From: the human T2T-CHM13v2.0 reference genome, Homo sapiens
Reading direction: 5' to 3' (one strand)
DNA: 64,000 nt
Assembly: GCF_009914755.1 (NCBI RefSeq)
Contig: NC_060925.1
Shown: one piece after another, positions 53,120 through 64,000 of the stretch
How positions within the stretch are numbered: the first letter of the stretch is position 1
Layout: each line of letters begins with the position of its first letter
Notes under the pieces: model-generated
Told to the model about the DNA's origin: nothing
What the model saw: the letters and a program-made list of their open reading frames with translations, nothing else
The model's database searches: none
Made by a program: the position numbers and the translations under genes

Positions 53120-54960
53120 ATTTCAAACACCTTTACTGAGATATAATCTATACACCATAACATTCACATTTTATAGTATAATATTCAGTGGTTTTTAGTA
53201 TCTTTATAGATTGTATAACTAATTCCAGAATACCACCTCCCCCAAAGAAACCTGTACCCATTAGCCATCACTTCCCATTCCAACTCCCCCAAGCCCCAGC
53301 CAAGCACTAATCTATTTTCTGTTTCTACAGATTTGCCTTTCATAGACATTTCAAATAAATGGAATCCTATAATATGTGGTCTTTCGTGACTGGGTTCTTT
53401 CACTTGGCATAATGTTTTCAAGGCTCATCTATGTTGTAGCATGAATCAGTACGTCATCTTTTTTATTGCCAAATAATATTCTATTATATGAATAGATCAC
53501 ATTATGTTTATCCATTCATCAGTTGATAGACATTTGGACTCTTTCCATTTTCTGGCTATCATGAATAATGCTGCTATGAACATCCATGTACAAGTTTTTA
53601 TGTGGACCTATGCTTTCATTTCTCTTGAGTATATACCTAGGAGTAGAATTGCTGGGGCATATGGTAACTCTATGTTGAACTTTTTCAGGAGCTGCCAAAT
53701 TGTTTTCCAAAGTAGCTGCACCATTTACATTCCCAGCAGCAATGGAGGAGGATTCTGATTTCCCCACATCCTCACTAATATTTGTTATAGTCTTTCTTTT
53801 CTAGTATATTCTCCTAGTGGGTATGAAGTGGCATCTTATTATAGTTTTGACTTTTCTCTAATAGCTAATGGTGTTGAGCATAATTTCATGTACTTATTGA
53901 ACATTTGGGTATCTTCTTTGGAGAAATGTCTATTCAGATCCTCTGCCCATTTTAAAATTGTGTTACATGTGTTTTTTATTGTTGAGTTGTAAGAGTTCTT
54001 TATATATTCTAGATACTAGACCCTTATCAGACATACGATCTGCAAATATTTTCTCCCACTCTGTAGTTGTTTTTTCACTTTTTTCACAGTGCCTGTTGAA
54101 GCACAAGAGTTTTCCATTTTGATGAAATCCAGCTTATCTATTTTTGTCTTTGGTTGCTTTTGCTTTTGGTGTCACTTCTAGGAAACCATTGCCAAATCCA
54201 AGGTCATAAAGATTTACATCTAAAATTTCTTCTAAGAGTTTTTTAGTGTTAGCTCTTACATTTAGGTCTTTGATCCTTTTCAAGTTAATTTTTGTACATG
54301 GTGTAAGGTAGGAATCCAACTTCATTCTTTTCCATGTGGATATACACTTATCCCAAAACATTTTGTTAAAAAGAGTATTCTTTCTCCTAGTAAATTATCA
54401 TGGCACCCTTGTCAAAATTAATTGACCATAAATGCAAAGGTTTATTTCTATATTCTCCATTTGATTTCATTCATCTATATATGTCTATCCATATAGCAGT
54501 ACCACAGTGTCTTGATTACAGTAGCTTTGCAGTAAGTTTTGAAATTGGGAAGTGTGAGTTCTCTTTGTTCTTCATTTCAAGACTGTTTTGGCCATTCTGG
54601 GTCCCTTGGATTTCCATATGAATTTTAGTATCAGCTTGTCAATTTCTGAAACAAATCCAGCTAGGATTTTGACAGGGATTTTGTTAGTCTTGTATATCAA
54701 TTTGGGGAGTGTATCCATCTTAATATTAAGTTATCTGGTCCACAAACATCAGATGTCTTTTCATATATTTAGACCTTCTTTCATTTTCTTCAACAGTATT
54801 TTGTAATTTTCAGTGTACAAGTCTTGCACTTCTTTTGTTAAATTTATTCTAAGTATTTTATTCTTTTTGATGGTATTGTAAATGGAATTGTTTCTTAATT
54901 ATATTTTTGATTGTTGATTGTTAGTGTATAGAAACAAATTGATTTTTGTATGATCCCACA
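53120..54960 (-). mobile_element. L1MB 3' portion (ORF2 end and 3'UTR)
   Basis: ORF 54134-54361 WKRMKLDSYLTPCTKIN... resembles the L1 ORF2p C-terminus; typical L1MB 3'UTR. Confidence 0.9.
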
Positions 54961-55468
54961 AAATTTCAAAATCTGTTTTTTTCCTCTTCAAAATCAAGAA
55001 TCATTATTTCCAAGAAATGTTTTCTCCATCTTAAGGCAAGAGATTATTTGAAGCCTGCCATAGAGCACCCAAAGCTTGGGGTTGTCCTTGAGAGAAAACA
55101 AAAAATTCTTGGTGTCGGGAACTGTAGCACATGGTTTACTTAGTCTTTAAGATAAGGTAGGCTTACAGAAAGTCATGAACTTTAAAATGTCTGAGAAGTC
55201 CTTGAGCACAGAACACAGATCTGGGAGTAGTACAAACCGGTTACAAAATGAGACATTAAGCTCAAAGAGCTGGTAGTGTAATGACATGTGCAGAAGAAAT
55301 GCATGTTAAAAAAAATGAAAACAAGACAAATAAATACTCTCTCAGGGGAAATGAGTATATGCATTCCACTACCAACTTTGGGCATTGGTTATGAAATTTA
55401 GAGCTTGGTTAGATTTTAGGGTCATCCAGCCTTGTCCTCTGAATTTGCAGTTAAGAAAACTGAGTCTG

Positions 55469-55773
55469 GGCTGGGCACGGTGGCTCACGCCTGTAATCCC
55501 AGCACTTTGGGAGGCTGAGGTGGGTGGATCACAAGGTCAGGAGTTCAAGACCAGCCTGGCCAACGTGATGAAACCCCGTCTCTACTAAAAATACAAAAAT
55601 TAGCCAGGCATGGTGGTGCGAACCTGTAATCTCACCTACTCGGGAAGCTGAGGCAGAGAATTGCTTGAACCCAGGAGGCAGAGGTTGCAGTAAGCCGAGA
55701 TCGCGCCACTGCATTCCAGGCTGGGTGACAGAATGAGACTTTTCTCAGGAAAAAAAAAAAAAGAAAAAAAGAA
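55469..55773 (+). mobile_element. AluS (AluSg-like)
   Basis: TSD AAGAAAAC(T/G)GAGTCTG at 55453-55468 and 55774-55789. Confidence 0.95.
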
Positions 55774-56133
55774 AAGAAAACGGAGTCTGGAAAGGTGAAG
55801 TGGCTTGGGGTCCTATACAGGATAAAAAGCACAGTTTGGAAACAAATTACCCAAGACATTACCACTATGAGACTTTGGGAAAGGTTGCTTAACTTCCGTC
55901 AACATTAGTTCTTCACCTGTGAAAAAGGAAAAAAAAGGATGTCTACATTGCAGACTGGTTGTAGGAAATCAGTTATTCAGTCAATAGTCTTTCCTGGGCA
56001 CCTTGTGCCAGGCACTGCATTTGGTGCTGAGGATAGAGTGGAGAACAAAAGACATACAGCTCATGACCACAAGAAGAGTAGTTTCAGGATGAGAACTAAA
56101 TGAGGTAGATAGGTAATAGGGTGCGAGGCTTAG

Positions 56134-56516
<383 letters not shown>

Positions 56517-57490
56517 TGTACTCATTTTTTGAATCCTGAGTGCCAAGCCCAGTGCTAGACACACTGTAGATTCTCAATAACTGTTGAACAAAACGAATCT
56601 TCTTCATTGTACCCCAAGTCAAAGGAGGACTTTAAACACATAAAGAAATAACAGAGTTTGGCGTGGTGAGGATGTAGAGCATTTCAGGAGGAGGTGATGA
56701 CCAGCATGATAAGCCTGGCATTAGGCCAGGTCCTCGTCCCAAGCAAAAGGTAAATGTATCAGTTGAGCAAAGGTTTATTCTATTTTATTTTTAAATTGAA
56801 GCTAATCTCTTGATAAAACAAAACAAAAAAAGCTTTCTGGTCCCTTTTTCCTTCTAGTCACATTCACACGTGACTGTCTTTTCTCACAGAATAAATCAGT
56901 TTAGCTAGGAAGACTGTTTTAAAATAGAAATAAATGCACTTTATATCAACATCACTCTGAGAGAAAAATAAAAGCAAACCATCACAAGTTCGAGCCTGTC
57001 CAAACTGGGATAAGAACGATGGAGGCAATAAAATTATAGGGAGAAGGGAATTCAGGCACAGGAACAGGAGTCCAGGCCCCCAGGGCATCACTGGGGATTT
57101 CTGTATGGGAAGGCCCCCTCATTCTTCCTGCTGGGGCTGAAACAGCTTGTGGTTTGCAGTCCCGCTGGGAGGGGGCAGAGAGATCAGAAACCAGACTGGG
57201 AGCGGGGAGCAGCTGGTTATCATGAACCATGTATCAGGCATTACACAGACCAGCCAGGTCCCTAATCTCTCCTTGTCTCATAAAAATCAGCCCTCTACAG
57301 ACCTTATGAGAGAGTGAAAAAAGAGTTGATGTTGAAAACAATACTCAAATGGAAAGCTAGAGGGCTGGATTTTGGATTCAACCCTGCTGCTCCTTGATTG
57401 TATGATCTTGCTGGACTTACCTCAACTCTGAATATCTGTTTCCTCATTTGTAAAATAAGAAGCTGGAACTAGATGAGGTGTGTTAAATCC

Positions 57491-57597
57491 CAAGAGTATT
57501 TTGTAATTTTGTAATTTTCAGTGTACAAGTCTTGCACTTCTTTTGTTAAATTTATTCCTGAGTATTTTATTCTTTTTGATGGTATTGTAAATGGAAT
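57491..57597 (+). repeat. ~100-bp local copy of L1MB segment 54791-54888
   Basis: Near-identical direct copy. Confidence 0.9.
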
Positions 57598-60113
57598 GCC
57601 CATTTAGGGAGTAAGGGAGTAGAGGAGTGCCCCTTTACTGTATCTCATCCATGGCAGCATGACTAATCAATCGCCCCCCACTGTCCTTCCAACAAGTTGC
57701 CTGAGCTCCTTCACAGACCAGTGTTGCACAGAACCAACACCAATCATTTGGAACTGGAGTGCAAAATACAGCTTACTTGCCATCCTCGAACAGATGTACA
57801 AGGCTTTCTTATGTGATTCTAAATCATTTTCTCTAGGTTTGTGCAGGCTTCCCACTGCAGCTGCCATGCAGCAGAAACTGAATGATTCCATAAAGTCAAG
57901 AAATAACCATGATGGCTCTTCGTAAGCGTAAGCTTGGTGAATACTATTATTTTGGTAGAGTATTATTTTGGTAGAGGACTCCCAACACTGCCGTCATGCA
58001 GTGAGATCTTGCTGAAGGAAGGGGATCTCATGGGATTGGGGTCTGGGAAGAGGTTTGAAAAGATAAGGAAAGTTCCACTGAGGACTAGAGGAAAGGGTAA
58101 AATGACAATACCCTTCTTTGTGGGTCACTTCATAGTTTACCAAGTATTCTCATGTCCACTGTTTGCTTGTGCTTCAAGTCAGCCTTTTGAGGTAAGTGTC
58201 CTTATCATTGTTTCTCAGAGGAAGACATAGAGGTTCACAGAAATTAGGTAACTTATCCAAAATCACATAGCTACTAAGGAGTAAAGCCTGGGCCTTCACT
58301 AAATATGTAAATGTTGCTTTCGGCATCTGGCCATGACCCTCCCTCTCTACCGCAAGTCTCTCTAGCAAGCTGCTTTCCAGAGAGGCAAAGCTGTTCCAAC
58401 AATCATGGTTTGACAGAAGTCCCTGACAGAACAGAATATCACATGAGTGATGGCAAACCTTTTTTTTTTTTTTTTTAAATATACCTTGGCTTGACATTAG
58501 AGTAGTAATAAGCTCTAAAAACAGTAAATTCATCATGATTCTTGCCCACAGGATGAGAGAGCATGCATGGAAAAGAAACATTCAAGTTTGGAATCAGAGT
58601 TTCCAATAACTAAGGTTTTGGAATCACCCAGAATATCCATAAGCAGGATTCCCCCTAGATTTGTGATCTTATTTCCAGGGAATTCCTGGTTTGGATTATA
58701 AGTGAAAGTCAAATCTGTTTCTGACCAAGTTTTGGCTTTGATATCCTTAGTGAGGTACTCCCTTTTCCCAGACCCCCAGGAATTTAGCGCCCTAGTCCTG
58801 AAACTGGTGACTGGGAACACTTGGAAATTCTTGTGATTGAGCAACTGAGGACTTCAAGTAAACCCCTAGCAGTCAGGACACACCCTGTGTGTGAGTTAGT
58901 CCTGAGATCACTGAAGGAAGTTTAAATTCTGGTTCCAAGAAAGTGCCTGTTTATCTTTGTGTATTACAGGATCACTGGAGGTCCAGGGCAGTGTTCCCGG
59001 CCTGCCTCACATAGGACGGTGAGGGGTGAGTGGGTTTCACTACAAATAAAGATCTTCAAGTGAATATTTAAATAATGAAATTTCTTCCAATAAAATTTTT
59101 CTTATATCTTATTCATATTATTTTCTTCAACTACTTATTTAGCTTGTGAAAATAATAACTATTTTAGTTAATTTCCTTTACTAGGCCCTCAAACAAAAAT
59201 CACATCTGTGATAGAAAGTGCCTAGATACTTGCTTATACCCTTGTAAACCACACTCCTTTTTAGACTGGGAGATGGAAAAGGGGGCAGTCATGTCCCTGC
59301 ATCCCAGCCTGCGGACCCAAATCCCTGCTGATGGGGAGGGCCAGAAAATGACAGCAGAAAGTGGGATGCTTCCAGATGTGGCAGGGTGTGGAGTTCTCGG
59401 TGTCACAGCTTGAACTTAGAAAGCACAGACTCAATAACAATGGAGGATCAACTGTGGTTTCAACACAAAACTCAGAATCTAAGTGCTTAGAATTACTATG
59501 GTCTTAGAGATAGACTGTTAGTTCTTGTTGCATACAAGGTTGTTTAGGGCAAAATGACGGGTACATATACAAAGTAAAAGACAGCATCCTTTCCCTTGAA
59601 AAACATACTGACGGTCAGGGTATACAGAACACATAAACATGAAACAATTGGAGAATGATAGACAAATGTCCCAATGCGGAATAAATCAGACAGAAGGAGC
59701 AGAGGCAATATGACCGTGGAAGGGGATCAGGTCCCCAGGCTGCATGTACGTTTTCTCCCTACTCTGTCCCCATTGTTCTTTGAGGACATCTGCCCCATCC
59801 TAAAGCATCCTAAACCTAAAGTCTTCACTTATTCTTTCTCATTTTCTTTTCCCTAACGAATATTTCCACAGGTTTCCAGCAAGGGCAGAGTATCATACGT
59901 TAATTAGAAGATAGAGAGAGATGCCCAGAAATAGCAAATAATAATATAATAGAGAAATAAATATAATATATTGATGATAAGAGAAACAACAGAAGATACA
60001 ACATATCAGGGGTAAAAGAGATTAAGAATCAACAGCGTATTTTATAAAGAGAATATCCAGCTGACCAATAAACATATGAAAAGGTGCTGAACTTCACTAG
60101 TCATCAGGGAACT

Positions 60114-60804
<691 letters not shown>

Positions 60805-61514
60805 ATAGAACTGCAAATTAAATATCTCACTGTTATACTACCACACATCCAGTTGAATGGCAAAAAGAAAAAAGACAGGCAATACTAAGTTTTGGTAAGG
60901 ATATGGAGTAACTAAAACTCTCACATACTTATGATGAGAATTTAAGTTACTATCTCTACTAACAAAATTGAATACATATGTACCCTATGACCCAGCAATT
61001 CCACTCAACTGAAATGTTCATATATGTTCACCAAAAGACATGCAAAAATGTACTTAGGAGCACTATTTATTATAGCCCCAACTAGAAACCACAAATGTCT
61101 GTCAACAATAGTATGTATAAAGGAATTATGGTATATGTATATGATGGAACCCTATACAGCAATGAGAACGAATGAATCTTAATTCCAACTCTGTGAAACA
61201 CCGTGATGAATCTCACTCACAGAGTGAATGTGAGAGAAATAAACCAGGCACAAAACAGTAGATACTACAATTTTCTTTCTATAAAGTTAAAAAACAGACA
61301 AAACTTATCAGTTAAAAGTCAGAATAGTAGTTACCCTTGTTGGGGACAGTGACTTAAAGAGGGCATGGGGGAGCCTTCGGGATTCTGTCACTGTCTGGTT
61401 CATCATCTGGGTACTGGTTATACAAGTGCGTTTTCTTTGCAAAAATTCAGTGAGCTGTACGCATTTGATCTGTGCACTTTTCTGTTTGTATATCTTCATA
61501 AAATTATGAAGATA

Positions 61515-62765
61515 AAAATCAATGGTGCATGCAAGAGTAAAGTTGGACTCTTACTTCACACCATATAAAAAATTAACTCAAAATGGACCACAGACCTAAA
61601 TATAAGAGCTGACATTATAAAACACTTAGAAGAAAACATAGGTATAAATCTTCACGAACTTGGATTTGGCGATGGTTTGTTAGATATGACACCAAAAACA
61701 CAAGCAACAAAGAAAAAGATACATAAGTCAGACTCCATCAAAATTGAAAACTTATGTGCTTCAAAAGGCACTATGAAGAAAGTGAAAATATAACCCACAG
61801 AATGGGAGAAAATACTTGCAGATCATATATCTGATAAGAATCTAGCATCTAGAACATATAAAAGACTCTTAAAAGTCAACAATAAAAAGACAAATAACCA
61901 AATTTTTAAATGGACAAAGGATTAAATAGACATTTCTTCAAAAAAGATATACAAATGTTCAATAAGCAATGCAATGATGCTCAACATCATTAATCATTAG
62001 GGAAATGCAAATCAAAACCACAGAGATACCACTTCACACACAGTACCATGGCTAACATAAAAAAGACAGATCCAGACAATAACAAGTGGTGGTGAGGACG
62101 TGGAAAAATTGGAACTCTCATACATTGTTGGTGGGAATATAAAATGGTGTAGCTGCTTTGGAAACCAGTATTGCAGTTCTTCAAAATGTTTGACATAAAG
62201 TTACTCTATACTCCATATATTCTACTCCTAGGTATATACTCAAGAGAAATGAAGACATATGTCTACACAAATAAGTGTACATGAATTTTATCGCAGCACT
62301 TTCAAAATAGCCAACAAAAGTAAAAAGAGCCCAAATGTCCATCAACTTATGAATGAATCAGCAAAATGTGGTATATCTACATAATCAAATATTGTTCAAC
62401 CATAAGAGGAATGAAGTGCTAATGTGTGCCACAATATGGATGAATCTTGAAAGCATGTTAAGTGAAAGAATCCAGTCAAAAAGGCCACGTATTGTGTAGT
62501 TCCATTTATAGGAAATGTCCAGAAGGGGAAAATCCATAGAAATAAAAAGCAGATTAGTGGTTGCCAGGGGCTGTGGGAAGAAGAGAATAGGAAGTGACTG
62601 TTAATAGGCACTTTTTGTTTCCTGGGGAGGGGAGTGATAAAAAATATTCTGGAATTATACAGTAGTAATATCGCACAACTTTGTGACTATACTTTAAACC
62701 ATTGAGTTGTACACTTTAAAAGGTTGCATTTTATAGTATGTGAATTATATCTTAATTTTAAAAAT
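61515..62765 (+). mobile_element. L1MB 3' portion
   Basis: AAAATTAACTCAAAATGGA, ATTAGGGAAATGCAAATCAAAACCAC and a 3'UTR ending TGTGAATTATATCTTAAT. Confidence 0.9.
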
Positions 62766-63169
62766 CTGGCAGAGGGAGACAAAATAAATAAAGTAACTAG
62801 GTAATATGAAAAAAATCAATAGCACAGTTAAATTACTTTGTTTGGAGACCATCTTTGTATCCCTTGCAAGAGCCTGCTGGATTCCATTCTAAACCTTCCA
62901 TGCTGAAGAGTATGAAATCATGAAGCAGGGATGTGTACACTGTTATCTATCCCTACTTTTCTCCCTGTAGTACCTCCCACCTTGCCTTGTATGTTCATTT
63001 TTGCCTTATAGACTAGGGTTTCTCCAAGTGTCACCTGAGTCCAATTGCATCCCAAATCTCTTCTAATGCTTGTGCAAAATTCTTGGGCCTCACTCCACAT
63101 ACACTGAAACAGAAACGCTGTGGGTATAACTCTGGACTTGACATTTTTAACAAGTTACCCACCTATTAA

Positions 63170-63450
63170 AAATAATACTATTATTAATAATAGTAGCTTT
63201 TACCTATAAAATACTATTAATATGTGCAGGCACCATTCCAAATGCTTTACATAAACTGACTTATTTAATCCTCAGCACAATCTATGACTAGGTACTATTA
63301 TTGTCACCATTTTACAGATGAGTAAACTGAGATACTGATAGATTAAGAAACTTTCCCAGAGGCATAGAACTATTAAGTGTAGAGCTGAGAATGAAATGCA
63401 GGCAGCCTAGCTTCAGACTGCAAGCTTTCCACCAGGGCGCAATACCACCT
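63170..63450 (-). mobile_element. MIR
   Basis: CCATTTTACAGATGAGTAAACTGAG core. Confidence 0.8.
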
Positions 63451-64000
63451 CTTCTCCCCATTGATTCTTATGCTTCAGTCTAAGATTCACTGCAATGATT
63501 ATTATTTAATGCATCACTTGCACCTGCAGAAATAAAAATCTGTCTCTGCCTTTGATGTGGAAATTTACAAAACCCAATCATCTTAAGGGGAACGTGCCAA
63601 GCTGGTATGAGATAGTAAGTTTGGAAATTTGGACATGAAACTAGTACACCTTTGGGAAAAGCATCATGCCCCCTCCCCACCCCCAATCAATGAACTGCAA
63701 TGATGCAAACCACCCAGAGAAGAGGCCTGTCTGCTGTGGGAGAAACCTGGCCTGAGTTCCATTCTGAAGCCTGGACCAGCCTTCCCCCATGGTGCTTCTG
63801 ACTCACCAGGACAAGGTGGGGGAGCCTTATTTGTGGGTGTCATTGTTCTTGTCACAGAACTTGGTCAGGCCTGTTAGGAAGTCCCAGCCAGCTTCAGGTT
63901 GTCTACTGATGGCCCAGGCCACTTTCAGGCTGGAATTGGGCCTCACAGCTTCTGTGTGGCCAGAGTCAGCACATCCACAAGGGCCAGGGTTGGCTCCACA

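Overview
Primate (human-like) genomic DNA, rich in repeats: about 16 Alus, L1, L2/MIR, MaLR/ERV solo LTRs and a MER1B DNA transposon. No intact protein-coding gene is evident, and the supplied ORFs are short, repeat-derived or chance. The main signal is a heavily decayed minus-strand multi-exon gene relic at about 7.6-19.4 kb, with clean splice signals. By eye, its first large exon (split by an Alu) aligns collinearly with the RIPK2-type kinase domain. Several ~300-nt exons and a terminal exon look like degenerate CARD domains, so this is a candidate unitary pseudogene of a kinase plus multi-CARD innate-immune gene. A candidate immune-type promoter and first exon (ETS-IRF composite, kB-like and CRE sites) lies upstream on the same strand at about 36.3-37.4 kb, between MER41A and a GAS-bearing MER41B LTR. 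Two short templated local duplications are directly visible. All protein and repeat-family comparisons are from memory and need computational confirmation, and I could not identify the locus by name.
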